Assembly: GCA_036381215.1 (NCBI GenBank) | Contig: DASVDF010000050.1 | Coordinates: 29,379-93,378, forward strand | DNA length: 64,000 nt | Reading direction: 5' to 3' | Origin: Woeseiaceae bacterium | GTDB lineage: Bacteria > Pseudomonadota > Gammaproteobacteria > Steroidobacterales > Woeseiaceae | Part shown: piece after piece, positions 27,387 to 36,704 of the stretch | Numbering within the stretch: the stretch's first letter is position 1 | Layout of the letters: every line of letters begins with the position of its first letter | The notes under the pieces: generated by a model | Told to the model about the DNA's origin: nothing | The model's input: the letters and a program-made list of their open reading frames with translations, nothing else | Databases searched by the model: none | Position numbers and translations under genes: made by a program

Positions 27387-28856
27387 ATGAAGCGCCGGCT
27401 CATCTCGCTCGCGGTGCTGATTTCGCTGTGGCCGCTCGTGTCTTCGGCCGATTACGACTATTTCGCCGCGAGCCGCGAGACGATCCGGCGCGGCGTGCAG
27501 GCGATGCTGATGTGCAACGGCCTGTTCACGTCGGAGCGCACGCTCGAGCAGGTGTTCGATCAGGAGCTCGCTTATCTCGAGCACCCGATCGGCACGGCGG
27601 AGGGCGGCGCTTACACGGTGCGCCGCGACCTGCGCGGCGTCGCGGTGGGTACGCCCGACGACCCGCCCGTGCTGCGTGCCGTGTTCCGCGAGGGACTGGG
27701 CTGCGTGGTGATGGCGCCCGACCAGGACTGGGGCGACGTGGAGGCGCTGCCGCAGCTCGAGCTGCCGCCGCCCGAGGGCGATCCCGCGGAGATTCCGTGG
27801 CCCGACGGCGACCTCGTCGCGAACGCGCCGCGGCATGAGGCCGTCGATCACCGCGCACTTGCCGCGGCCGCGGACTGGGCGTTCGAGCGCCCCTCACCCG
27901 AGCAGGTCACCGTCAGCCTGCTCGTCGTGTACAAGGGCGATCTCGTGCTCGAGCGCTACGCACCGGGCTTCGACATGACGACGCGCACGCGCACGTGGTC
28001 GACGGCGAAGAGCCTCGCGGTGACGCTGATCGGCATGCTGGTGGACGAAGGCCGGCTCGCCCTGGACGAGCCGCTCGGGCTCGACTGGCGTCCCGCGCTC
28101 CCCGGCGCGGCGCCGGACCCGCGTGACGCCATCACCTTGCGACACCTGCTGCACATGTCGAGCGGGCTGTACCCGGTCGACGATTTCGAGCTGGAATACG
28201 CGACCGGCTCCGGCCTCGCGTACTGGGCCGGGGCGAGCTCGGTCGCGGGTGCACTCGACCGCGGGCTGGTGCGCGCGCCGGGAACGTTCTGGGACTACGA
28301 GAACTACGATACCTTGCTCGCGGTGTACGCAATGAAGCGCGCGCTCGCCGACGAACGGACCTGGCTCGAGTTTCCGCGCAAGGCGCTCTTCGACCGCATC
28401 GGCATGCGCAACACGCTGGCGGGCGTCGACCGCTTCGGCGATTTCATCCTGAGCAGTCAGGTGTACACGAACGCGCGCGACCTGGCGCGCTTCGGCCTTT
28501 TATACCTGAACGGCGGTATGTGGCAGGGCGAGCGCCTGCTCTCGCCGGAGTGGATCGAGTTCGTGCGTACGCCGGCACCGGCGACGCGCAAGGACGGCAG
28601 CTTCTACGGCGGGCAGTGGTGGCTGGTGCCCGACGACCGCCGCGACGTGCCGCGGGATGCGTACACGACGGCCGGCAACCGCGGCCAGTACGTCATCGTC
28701 GTCCCGTCGCACGACCTCGTGATCGTGCGCCGCGGCCTCGATTACGGCGCGCAGGGCTTCGACGAGTGGGACCTGCTGCGCGAAGTGCTCAAGGCGTTCC
28801 CGCCGTCGTCGCAGGAGGCTGGTATCATGCCGGCACGGGCGAGCGAGCGAGGGTGA
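27387..28856 (+). CDS. secreted serine hydrolase, beta-lactamase (class C/PBP4*-like) fold
   Basis: 489-aa track ORF with the signal peptide MKRRLISLAVLISLWPLVSSA and an SxxK motif in TWSTAKSLAV. Confidence 0.8.
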   Translation: MKRRLISLAVLISLWPLVSSADYDYFAASRETIRRGVQAMLMCNGLFTSERTLEQVFDQELAYLEHPIGTAEGGAYTVRRDLRGVAVGTPDDPPVLRAVFREGLGCVVMAPDQDWGDVEALPQLELPPPEGDPAEIPWPDGDLVANAPRHEAVDHRALAAAADWAFERPSPEQVTVSLLVVYKGDLVLERYAPGFDMTTRTRTWSTAKSLAVTLIGMLVDEGRLALDEPLGLDWRPALPGAAPDPRDAITLRHLLHMSSGLYPVDDFELEYATGSGLAYWAGASSVAGALDRGLVRAPGTFWDYENYDTLLAVYAMKRALADERTWLEFPRKALFDRIGMRNTLAGVDRFGDFILSSQVYTNARDLARFGLLYLNGGMWQGERLLSPEWIEFVRTPAPATRKDGSFYGGQWWLVPDDRRDVPRDAYTTAGNRGQYVIVVPSHDLVIVRRGLDYGAQGFDEWDLLREVLKAFPPSSQEAGIMPARASERG

Positions 28857-30544
28857 CGGTGGCGGCGGAAGAATTCGATGCGATCGTGGTCGGTTCCGGT
28901 ATTTCCGGCGGCTGGGCGGCCAAGGAGCTGACCGAGAAGGGCCTCAAAGTGCTGATGCTCGAGCGCGGCGAGAACGTCGAGCACATCAAGGACTACGTCA
29001 ACGCGCGCAAGGGCCCGTGGGAATACCCGCACCGCGGCCGGCCGACCCGGGCGATGAAAGAAGCCTACCCGGTGCTGAAGCGCGATTACCCGTTGAACGA
29101 GACGAACCTGTCCTGGTGGGCTTCCGACCAGGACTCGCCCTACACCGAGATCAAGCGCTTCGACTGGTTCCGCGGCTACCACGTCGGCGGCCGCTCGCTG
29201 ATGTGGGGCCGGCAGAGCTACCGCTGGAGCGATTTCGACTTCGAAGGCAACGTGCGCGACGGCATCGCGGTCGATTGGCCGATCCGCTACGCCGACCTCG
29301 CGCCGTGGTACGACCATGTCGAGCGGCACGCGGGCATCTCCGGCTCGCACGAGGAAATGCCGCAGCTGCCGGACGGGCAGTTCCAGCCGGCGATGCCGCT
29401 GAACTGCGGCGAGGAATGGGCGGCGGAGCGCCTGCGCGGCCATTTCGACGGGCGGCGGCGCATCATCCCGGGCCGCGTGGCCAACCTCACGCAGGCGCTG
29501 CCGGGCCGCGCGAAATGCCAGTACCGCAACGCCTGCTGGCTCGGTTGTCCATATGGCGGCTATTTCAGCACGCAGGCGTCCACGCTGCCCGCGGCCATGG
29601 CGACGAAGCGGCTGACCTTGAGGCCGTTCTCGATCGTGACCGAAGTGCTGTACGACCGCGACCAGAAGCGGGCGAGCGGCGTGCGCGTGCTGGATGCGGT
29701 CACCGAGCAGACCACCGAGTACAAGGCGCGCATCGTGTTCCTCTGCGCATCGACGCTGAACTCCACGTGGATCCTGATGCGCTCGGCCACGGACGTGTGG
29801 CCGGAGGGGCTCGGCAGCAGCTCCGGCGAGCTCGGGCACAACCTGATGGACCACCACTTCGAGGTGGGGGCATCGGCCAATCTCACGGATCCCGCGCTGG
29901 CCGCGAAGTACTACTTCGGCCGGCGCCCGAACGGCTTCTACATCCCGCGCTACCGCAACCTGTTCGGCGACAAGCGCGAGTACCTGCGCGGCTTCGGCTA
30001 CCAGGGGTCGGCGAGCCGCGGCGACTGGCAGCGCGGCGTGGCCGAGCTCGGCGTCGGCAAGAGCTTCAAGGACGCGCTCTCGGAGCCGGGCGACTGGCGC
30101 ATCGGCGGAAGCGCCTTCGGCGAGATGCTGCCGCGCCACGAGAACCGGGTGACCATCGACGAGAGCCGCAGCGACAAGTGGGGACTGCCGGTGCTCGCGA
30201 TCGATTGCGCGATCGGCGAGAACGAGCGGCTGATGCGGAAGGACATGGCGAACGACCTGGCCGAGATGTTCGAGGCGGTCGGGGCGAAGGACGTCGACAC
30301 CTTCGACGGCCAGTATTTCCCCGGCCGCGGCATACACGAGATGGGCACCGCGCGCATGGGGCGCGACCCGAAGACCTCGGTGCTCAATCGCTGGAACCAG
30401 GTCTGGGACGCACCCAACGTGTTCGTGACGGACGGCAGCTGCATGGCGTCCTCCGCGTGCCAGAACCCGTCGCTCACCTACATGGCGATCACCGCGCGCG
30501 CCGCGGATTACGCCGTGCAGGAGCTCAAGCGGCGCAACCTGTGA
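28853..30544 (+). CDS. GMC family FAD oxidoreductase (gluconate 2-dehydrogenase flavoprotein-like)
   Basis: A GTG at 28853 overlaps the upstream stop (GTGA). An alternative GTG at 28859 sits behind GAGGG. Motifs: FDAIVVGSGISGGWAAKEL (GxGxxG) and C-terminal IHEMGTARMG. The upstream part of the 674-aa track ORF lies in another gene. Confidence 0.85.
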   Translation: MTVAAEEFDAIVVGSGISGGWAAKELTEKGLKVLMLERGENVEHIKDYVNARKGPWEYPHRGRPTRAMKEAYPVLKRDYPLNETNLSWWASDQDSPYTEIKRFDWFRGYHVGGRSLMWGRQSYRWSDFDFEGNVRDGIAVDWPIRYADLAPWYDHVERHAGISGSHEEMPQLPDGQFQPAMPLNCGEEWAAERLRGHFDGRRRIIPGRVANLTQALPGRAKCQYRNACWLGCPYGGYFSTQASTLPAAMATKRLTLRPFSIVTEVLYDRDQKRASGVRVLDAVTEQTTEYKARIVFLCASTLNSTWILMRSATDVWPEGLGSSSGELGHNLMDHHFEVGASANLTDPALAAKYYFGRRPNGFYIPRYRNLFGDKREYLRGFGYQGSASRGDWQRGVAELGVGKSFKDALSEPGDWRIGGSAFGEMLPRHENRVTIDESRSDKWGLPVLAIDCAIGENERLMRKDMANDLAEMFEAVGAKDVDTFDGQYFPGRGIHEMGTARMGRDPKTSVLNRWNQVWDAPNVFVTDGSCMASSACQNPSLTYMAITARAADYAVQELKRRNL

Positions 30545-31200
30545 TGTCGGGAGACCCGGGAATGCCGAAGGAGACGGAAGACCGCGACCTCATCACGCGC
30601 CGCGCGGCGATCCTGCGCGTGAGCGCGCTGCTCGGCGGCGTGGCGCTGGTCGGGCAAGGCGCGCTGCTCGCGGGCTGCGAGCGGCGGGTGCCGACGCCGG
30701 AGGCAGGCGGGACGGCGGACGCGGGCGCTTCGCCGCAGGCATTCGGGAAGGACGCCGTCGCGCTGCTCGATGAGCTCACCGAGGCGATACTTCCGGAGAC
30801 GGATACACCGGGCGCGAAGGCCGCCGGTGTCGGGCCGTTCGTCGCGAAGATGGTGACCGATTGCTACGCTCCGCGCGAGCAACAGGTGTTCCGTGAAGGG
30901 CTCGCGACAGTGGACGACCGGTGCCGGGCGATGCACGACGTGGCGTTCCTCGCGGCGACGCCCGAGCAGCGGCTGGCGCTGGCCGGGCAGCTCGACGCCG
31001 AGCAGATGCAATACATGCACGGGCTGGAGGAAGACCAGCCCGCGCACTGGTTCCGCATGCTGAAGGAGCTGACGCTGCTCGGCTACTTCACGTCGGAAAT
31101 CGGCTACGAGCAGGCACTGCGCTACGCCGAGACACCGGGCCGTTACGATCCCTGCGTGCCGTACGCGCCGGGCGAAAAGGCCTGGGCGGATCACGCCTGA
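30544..31200 (+). CDS. gluconate 2-dehydrogenase subunit-3-like small subunit with twin-arginine signal
   Basis: An ATG at 30544 shares one base with the upstream TGA. It has the TAT motif ITRRAAILRVSALLGG and the C-terminal LLGYFTSEIGYEQALRY typical of this family. Confidence 0.75.
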   Translation: MSGDPGMPKETEDRDLITRRAAILRVSALLGGVALVGQGALLAGCERRVPTPEAGGTADAGASPQAFGKDAVALLDELTEAILPETDTPGAKAAGVGPFVAKMVTDCYAPREQQVFREGLATVDDRCRAMHDVAFLAATPEQRLALAGQLDAEQMQYMHGLEEDQPAHWFRMLKELTLLGYFTSEIGYEQALRYAETPGRYDPCVPYAPGEKAWADHA

Positions 31201-31272
31201 TCCGGGCCACGCCTGTCGCCGGCGCGAAGGTCAGCGACGACGGTTCATGACAACGAGCGGAGGCACCTGACG

Positions 31273-31683
31273 ATGCTCACAAAAAGACAGGTGAAAGCGA
31301 ATATTGCGCGACTGCAGGGCGGCCTCGTTTACCGCGGCGAAGTCAGCGGGGTCCGTCAGACCTATTACATCTTCGAGGCCGAAGGGTCCTTTTTCGTATT
31401 GTCATTTGCCCGCTCGGAGTCGAAACCCGGCTCCGGGTATTTCAACGTCGTGGATGCAGAGGCCGTCGAATACGTGCGGAGCCGGTTTGCCGGCAAGCGG
31501 GCCGTCACCGCGAAGGACGTGGTTCACCGGGCGCGCCGCACCGCCCATGCACCGACCAGCCTGATTGCGCTCAACGTCCTGTATGTGCTGGTTGCCCTGG
31601 GGGAAGCGGAAATCGTGCAGCAGGGCGAGAACCGGGCGCTGGTCTTCGCCATGCGCCCGGGGACCAGGAAGCGGGCCGCCTGA
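31273..31683 (+). CDS. hypothetical protein (136 aa), no family recognised
   Basis: Track ORF in a locally lower-GC stretch. The codon pattern is plausible and the C-terminal part looks like helix plus beta-hairpin. I recognise no motif. Confidence 0.5.
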   Translation: MLTKRQVKANIARLQGGLVYRGEVSGVRQTYYIFEAEGSFFVLSFARSESKPGSGYFNVVDAEAVEYVRSRFAGKRAVTAKDVVHRARRTAHAPTSLIALNVLYVLVALGEAEIVQQGENRALVFAMRPGTRKRAA

Positions 31684-31686
31684 CCG

Positions 31687-31854
31687 CTAGTCCTCGTCGT
31701 TTTCCGCGGGAGCGCCGTCTTCCGGCGCCCCCGCATTGGGGTCCAGCAGCAGGCGCATCTCGCGCGTCGCCATGATGTCGGAATCCTCCAGCACGATCGT
31801 CTCGACGAAGTCGGCCGGATCCAGCTGCGGCAGGCAATCGGTATCGCTCTCCAT
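31687..31854 (-). CDS. hypothetical small acidic protein (55 aa)
   Basis: An internal ATG of the 86-aa track ORF is preceded by GGAGGG. The product is MESDTDCLPQLDPADFVETIVLEDSDIMATREMRLLLDPNAGAPEDGAPAENDED. It is convergent with the 136-aa ORF, and the two stop codons are 3 nt apart. Confidence 0.35.
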   Translation of the reverse strand: MESDTDCLPQLDPADFVETIVLEDSDIMATREMRLLLDPNAGAPEDGAPAENDED

Positions 31855-32046
31855 CGTCCCTCCTGTCCCGGGCGAGAGATGACCATAGCGTGCTGGGGAT
31901 CCGGCCGTCCGTGACCTGGTTTCCGTTTTTTGTGATCCGGCGCACATTCCGTTCGGGCGCGGGGGTCACAGCTGTGGCGCCTCGCCCACTGGAGCTGCCG
32001 GCCGAGCTGAAGTAACGTCGGTGACGGCGGCGGACACGGAGGGCGC

Positions 32047-32808
32047 ATGCGGCTCGACAACCGGGTGGCACTGATCACGGGCGGCACTTCCGGGATCGGG
32101 AGGGCAACGGCCGTGCTTTTCGCCGGGGAAGGCGCCCGGGTGGCCATCACGGGACGCAGCCGCGAACGCGGCAGGGAAGTGCAGGCGGAGCTCGAGGGAA
32201 GGGGATTCGAGTGCCTGTTCGTGCAGGCGGACGTGCGATTCGCCCGGGACTGCGAGCGCGCGGTGGAGGAGACGGTCGCTGCCTTCGGCGGGCTGCACGT
32301 GCTCTTCAACAACGCCGGCGTGTTCATCGCGAACGACGTCGTAGCCTGTACCGAGGAGGAATGGGACCTGCAGGTGGACACGAGCCTGAAGGGCGCTTTC
32401 CTGATGACGAAGTTCGCGGTTCCGCACATGCTCCGTGGCGGCGGCGGTTCCATCATCAACAACAGCTCGGATTGGGGAATCGTCGGCGGCGAGCGCGCCG
32501 TCGCTTACTGCGCCGCCAAGGGCGGCATGGTGACGCTGACCAGGGCACTGGCACTCGATCACGGGCGACAGGGGATCCGCGTCAACTGCCTCTGCCCGGG
32601 CGATACCGTCACGCCGATGGAGCGCGAGGATGCGCGCAACCTCGGCATGCGCTGGGAAGACTACGTGGCGAGCGCGTCGGAGCGGCCGCTCGGTCGCATG
32701 GCCGAGCCGATCGAGATCGCGCGCGCGGCGCTGTTCCTCGCCTCGGACGAGTCGTCCTTCGTCACCGGCGCGGCGTTGCCCGTCGACGGCGGCTCGCTGG
32801 CCGGCTAG
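32047..32808 (+). CDS. classical SDR oxidoreductase
   Basis: 253-aa track ORF with ALITGGTSGIGRA, NNAG and YCAAKGG (YxxxK). Confidence 0.9.
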   Translation: MRLDNRVALITGGTSGIGRATAVLFAGEGARVAITGRSRERGREVQAELEGRGFECLFVQADVRFARDCERAVEETVAAFGGLHVLFNNAGVFIANDVVACTEEEWDLQVDTSLKGAFLMTKFAVPHMLRGGGGSIINNSSDWGIVGGERAVAYCAAKGGMVTLTRALALDHGRQGIRVNCLCPGDTVTPMEREDARNLGMRWEDYVASASERPLGRMAEPIEIARAALFLASDESSFVTGAALPVDGGSLAG

Positions 32809-32898
32809 CCGGGAACATCCCGGGGACCGATACGCCCGGTGCCGCGGAACACGATCACGCGTGCGTGCGGATGGCTGCCCGGCGGCGTCGCCCGATTC

Positions 32899-34041
32899 TC
32901 AGGCGAGCATGCCGGCTACCCAGAATCCGAGGAAGGTCCCGATGGCGTTGCCGAGCGCTCCGATGAGCACGGCGGGGAGCACGAGGTCGGTGCGGCCGAG
33001 ACTGCGTGCGAGGGCGAGCGCGGACGTGCTGCCGCCGACGTTGGCCTGCGACGCGACGGCGGCGATGTCGACGTCGATGCGCAGCAGGCGGGCGGCGCCG
33101 AAGACGACGAAGCCGTGCACGAGGACCATGGCCGTGGCGAAGCCGAGCAGGATGAGGCCAAGGCGCCCGAGCTCGCCGAGCTGGCGCAGGTCGCAGAACG
33201 CGCCGATGACGGCGAGGAACAGCAGCACGGCGACCATGCCGAGCAGGCGCGCGCCGCGCAGCCGCCCGAACCAGGGGATCTGCGCCAGCGCGAGAGCGAT
33301 GGTGGTGAGAATGAGGATCGCGGGGATGCCGGTGGCATCGGCGGTCAGGCCGGAAACGTAGAGCGTGGCGAACCCGAGCAGCGCGAGCACGAAGAGGTCG
33401 AACGGATGCAGGGTTTCGGTGTCCTCGGCGATGTCACGGTCCATGTCGAGAGTGCCGGCGTTGCGCGGTGCCACCCTGCGCCACAGGGGTCCGAGCAGGC
33501 GCGGGAGGGCGATGGTCGCGGCCATCCACGCCGTCGTGACCACGTTGTCGACGGCAACGGCCCCGGTGTACAGGCCGCCTTCGCGCATGACGCCGTACTC
33601 GAGCGCGATCGCGTTGAAGTTGATGCTGCCGCCGGTGTACGTGCCCACGAACATGCCGCCGAGCGCGGCGTGCAGCCTGCCGAGGGATTCGAGCGGCACC
33701 ACCAGCGCGCTGACGAAGGCGCCGAGCATGATGCCGGCGGAGCCGATCAGGAACAGCGCGACGATGGGAATTCCCGCGCGCAAGATGTCGCGCAGGTTGA
33801 CGCGCAGCAACAGCCAGAAGATACCGAGCGGCGCGAGGTAAGCGAAGATCGCGTCGTAGACCGCCACCGGTGCTTGCGCCGTGGAGCCTGCGGGAACGAT
33901 CCCGAGATTGGCCGCGGCCGCGCTGATGAGGATCACCAGCAGCGCGGTGCCGAGGTGACGGAGCCAGGTGCGCCGCACCAGCCACTCGGAGACCGCGGTG
34001 AACAGGCACAGCGCCGCCAGCACGAAGATCGGGTCGCGCAT
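32899..34041 (-). CDS. DUF819-like polytopic membrane protein
   Basis: Start trimmed to MRDPIFVLAALCLF. It has about 10-12 hydrophobic helices. The family was recalled from the overall pattern only. Confidence 0.65.
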   Translation of the reverse strand: MRDPIFVLAALCLFTAVSEWLVRRTWLRHLGTALLVILISAAAANLGIVPAGSTAQAPVAVYDAIFAYLAPLGIFWLLLRVNLRDILRAGIPIVALFLIGSAGIMLGAFVSALVVPLESLGRLHAALGGMFVGTYTGGSINFNAIALEYGVMREGGLYTGAVAVDNVVTTAWMAATIALPRLLGPLWRRVAPRNAGTLDMDRDIAEDTETLHPFDLFVLALLGFATLYVSGLTADATGIPAILILTTIALALAQIPWFGRLRGARLLGMVAVLLFLAVIGAFCDLRQLGELGRLGLILLGFATAMVLVHGFVVFGAARLLRIDVDIAAVASQANVGGSTSALALARSLGRTDLVLPAVLIGALGNAIGTFLGFWVAGMLA

Positions 34042-34286
34042 GGGCTTCGTCGCTCCTCCCCGAAGGCGGCGGGCCGCTGCAATATACCATTGGTACCAAG
34101 GAACCCCGCGGACCGATTCCGCCGTGGCAACGCGCGTACAGCCCACTATTTATCTCAACGCATGGCTGTGGCGACCGAAGCGAGTTCGCGGCGCAAGCCG
34201 GCTGCAGACTCGCGCAGCCATCGGGTACACGAACAGGCGTGGCCGACGCAGAGAGACGGCGAGGGAGCGCAAGTAGCTGAATGGAC

Positions 34287-34363
34287 TGGTCGGGGTGATA
34301 GGATTTGAACCTACGGCCCCTGCCTCCCGAAGGCAGTGCTCTACCAGGCTGAGCTACACCCCG
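34287..34363 (-). tRNA. tRNA-Pro (anticodon CGG)
   Basis: The reverse complement is CGGGGTGTAGCTCAGCCTGGTAGAGCACTGCCTTCGGGAGGCAGGGGCCGTAGGTTCAAATCCTATCACCCCGACCA. It folds as a cloverleaf with the anticodon loop TTCGGGA and an encoded CCA end. Confidence 0.9.
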
Positions 34364-34375
34364 AACGAGCGCGCA

Positions 34376-34381
34376 ATCATA
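34376..34381 (-). promoter_or_regulatory. possible -10 box (TATGAT) for tRNA-Pro
   Basis: The minus strand reads TATGAT about 12 nt upstream of the mature tRNA 5' end. I found no convincing -35. Confidence 0.3.
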
Positions 34382-34474
34382 CACATCCGAGGGGCCTGCG
34401 GCCAGATTGTTCCCCGGGTCGGTGCGATTCGAAACCGCGGCTCGCACCGCTTGGGCCGGTGCGGTAGGTTAGCC

Positions 34475-34502
34475 CGGTCGCGCGCGATGCGCGCTCCTAC
34501 GG
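34475..34502 (+). repeat. REP-like palindromic element
   Basis: CGGTCGCGCGCGATGCGCGCTCCTACGG lies 8 nt upstream of the ATG at 34510. The GCGCGC-GAT-GCGCGC core can form a hairpin. Confidence 0.55.
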
Positions 34503-34509
34503 CAGACCT

Positions 34510-35577
34510 ATGCCCCTGCGTGGAAAGCAGAAATTGCGGCTCGTCATCGCCACTCCTCTGGAGGGAGAGTTCGTGGAGCGGATCCGTGCGGTCGCGCCCC
34601 GGCAGGTCGAGGTGCTGCACGAGCCGGAGCTCTTGCCGCCCGTGCGCTATCCGAGCGACCACCGAGGCGACCCGGGTTTCCGCCGGGCGCCGGACGCCGA
34701 GGAGCGCTGGGAGGAGCTGATCGCCGGGGCCGACATCCTCTGGGACATCCCGCCGGACCGGTCCGAAGGCGGCAACGTCGTGGACGGCGCGCGGGCGCTC
34801 CGCTGGGTGCAGACCACGAGCGCGGGGGTCGGGCCGCGCGTGCAGCGGCTCGGGCTCGCCGAGCGCGGGGTGATCGTCACTACGGCTCGCGGGCTGCATG
34901 CCGGCCCGCTCACGGAGTTCACGTTCATGGTGCTGCTCGCGCGGGCGAAAGGGTACGAGTACCTGAAGCGTGAGCAGGAGATGCGACGGTGGCAGCTCTA
35001 CTGTACCGACAGCCTCGCCGGGAAGACGCTCGCGATCGTCGGCCTGGGCGGCATCGGGCGGCGCATCGCGGCGACCGGCAAGGCGTTCGACATGCGCGTC
35101 TATGGGCTCGTGCGCGAGGGACAACAGGCGACGGCCGCGGAGCTCGGCGTGGATCGCGTGTTCCGGCGCGCGGAGCTGCACGACATGCTGCGCGAAACGG
35201 ACGCACTCGTGTTGTGCGCGCCCGAGACGCCAGAGACGATCAGCATGATCGATCGCGCCGCGCTCGCCGCGCTGAAGCGGAGCGCGGTGTTGGTGAACAT
35301 CGCGCGCGGCTCGCTCGTCGACGAAGGCGCGCTGGTCACGGCCCTGCTCTCGGGGCAGCTCGCCTTCGCCGCGCTCGACGTGTTTCGCACCGAGCCGCTG
35401 CCGCCGAGGAGCCCGCTCTGGGATCTGGAGAACGTGCTGGTGAGTCCGCACTCGGCGAGCACGGTGGTTCAGGAGAACGAGCGGCTCACCGATCTGTTCT
35501 GCCACAACCTGGGGCTTTTTCTCGAGGGCAGGATCGAGGAGATGAGGAATCGGTATGATCCGCAGCGCGGGTATTGA
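34510..35577 (+). CDS. D-isomer-specific 2-hydroxyacid dehydrogenase family protein
   Basis: 355-aa track ORF with the NAD fold LAIVGLGGIGRRIA and the catalytic region NIARGSLVDE ... SPHSAS. Confidence 0.85.
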   Translation: MPLRGKQKLRLVIATPLEGEFVERIRAVAPRQVEVLHEPELLPPVRYPSDHRGDPGFRRAPDAEERWEELIAGADILWDIPPDRSEGGNVVDGARALRWVQTTSAGVGPRVQRLGLAERGVIVTTARGLHAGPLTEFTFMVLLARAKGYEYLKREQEMRRWQLYCTDSLAGKTLAIVGLGGIGRRIAATGKAFDMRVYGLVREGQQATAAELGVDRVFRRAELHDMLRETDALVLCAPETPETISMIDRAALAALKRSAVLVNIARGSLVDEGALVTALLSGQLAFAALDVFRTEPLPPRSPLWDLENVLVSPHSASTVVQENERLTDLFCHNLGLFLEGRIEEMRNRYDPQRGY

Positions 35578-35581
35578 GGTC

Positions 35582-35675
35582 GGGTTGCGCGCGATGGCGG
35601 GCTCCTACGCGGAGGCGGTGAATATGCGAAGGACAGGGGTGAGGTTCCGGTCGCGCGCGGTGCGCGCTCCTACGG
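35582..35675 (+). repeat. two tandem REP-like elements (one degenerate)
   Basis: GGGTTGCGCGCGATGGCGGGCTCCTACGCGG (35582-35612) and CGGTCGCGCGCGGTGCGCGCTCCTACGG (35648-35675). The second lies inside the putative signal-peptide coding region of the next gene. Confidence 0.5.
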
Positions 35676-36646
35676 GGGTGGTGCTGTTGTTGCTGGCTGC
35701 GGCGGGGGCCGCGGAGACGAAGCCGCCGTATGTCGAGAGGCTCAGTCCGGCGCTCGATGCGATCGTGCCGCGCGATGCCGCCATCGACGTCATCGCGACC
35801 GGCTTCGACTGGGCGGAAGGGCCGCTCTGGCTGCCCGAGCAGCACATGCTCGTGTTCTCCGATCCGCCCGCGAACACGATCTTCGGGTGGCGCGAAGGGG
35901 AGGGCGTAAGCACCTGGCTCAAACCGTCCGGGTACACGGGGGAACGGCCGCGCGGCGGTGAGCCGGGATCGAACGGGCTCGCGCTGGATGCGCGGGGCCG
36001 GCTGATCCTGTGCCAGCACGGCGATCGCCGCATCGCCCGCATGGCTGCGAGCCTCGACGAGCCCGCGCCCGAGTTCGAGACGATTGCGGCGCGCTACGAC
36101 GGGCATCGCTTCAACAGCCCTAACGACCTCACGATCGACTCGAAGGGCGCGATCTGGTTCACGGATCCGCCGTACGGGCTCGAGGGCGGGCCGGACGGCC
36201 CGGGGCGCGAGCTCGACACGCTCGGCGTTTATCGCGTGGCGCCGGGCGGCGAGGCGGAGCTCGTCGTCGGCAACCTGACGCGGCCGAACGGCATCGGGCT
36301 CTCGCCCGACGAAGCGACGTTGTATGTCTCCAACTCGGATCCGGAGCGGGCGGCCTGGATGGCGTACCGGATCGACGCGGACGGCACTGTCGGAGACGGC
36401 CGGTTGCTGTTCGATGCGACGGCGGAAGTGGCGCGCGCCTCGGGGTTGCCGGACGGGCTCGAGGTCCACAGCAGCGGCAACCTGTTCGCGTCGGGGCCGG
36501 GCGGCATCTTCGTTCTGTCTCCCGCCGGTGACCTGCTCGGACGCATCGTCACGGGTGCGGCCGCCGCGAACGTTGCCTTCGACGAGGACGAGAGCACGCT
36601 GTACATCACGGCCGACGATCGGGTGCTGCGCGTCGATTTGCGGTAG
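35624..36646 (+). CDS. SMP-30/gluconolactonase/LRE family protein, probably secreted
   Basis: A start at MRRTGVRFRSRAVRAPTGVVLLLLAAAGAAE gives a good signal peptide. However, this region overlaps a REP copy, so a later GTG (35677/35680) is possible. Body motifs such as NSPNDLTIDSKG and PNGIGLSPDE fit SMP-30 beta-propellers. Confidence 0.8.
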   Translation: MRRTGVRFRSRAVRAPTGVVLLLLAAAGAAETKPPYVERLSPALDAIVPRDAAIDVIATGFDWAEGPLWLPEQHMLVFSDPPANTIFGWREGEGVSTWLKPSGYTGERPRGGEPGSNGLALDARGRLILCQHGDRRIARMAASLDEPAPEFETIAARYDGHRFNSPNDLTIDSKGAIWFTDPPYGLEGGPDGPGRELDTLGVYRVAPGGEAELVVGNLTRPNGIGLSPDEATLYVSNSDPERAAWMAYRIDADGTVGDGRLLFDATAEVARASGLPDGLEVHSSGNLFASGPGGIFVLSPAGDLLGRIVTGAAAANVAFDEDESTLYITADDRVLRVDLR

Positions 36647-36668
36647 GAGCGCGCATCGCGCGCGACCG
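36641..36668 (-). repeat. REP-like palindromic element (inverted orientation)
   Basis: CGGTAGGAGCGCGCATCGCGCGCGACCG. The lactonase TAG stop (36644-36646) lies inside the element. Confidence 0.55.
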
Positions 36669-36704
36669 ACGATGGTTGCAGGCCGTGGGTGATCGCGGGC
36701 GGTT

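Noticed and set aside
34042-34509. Genomic island or integrase at the tRNA-Pro gene
   Set aside because: tRNA genes are common integration sites. Here the flanks carry ordinary metabolic genes. I saw no integrase, no direct repeat of the tRNA 3' end within the window, and no compositional break other than REP copies.
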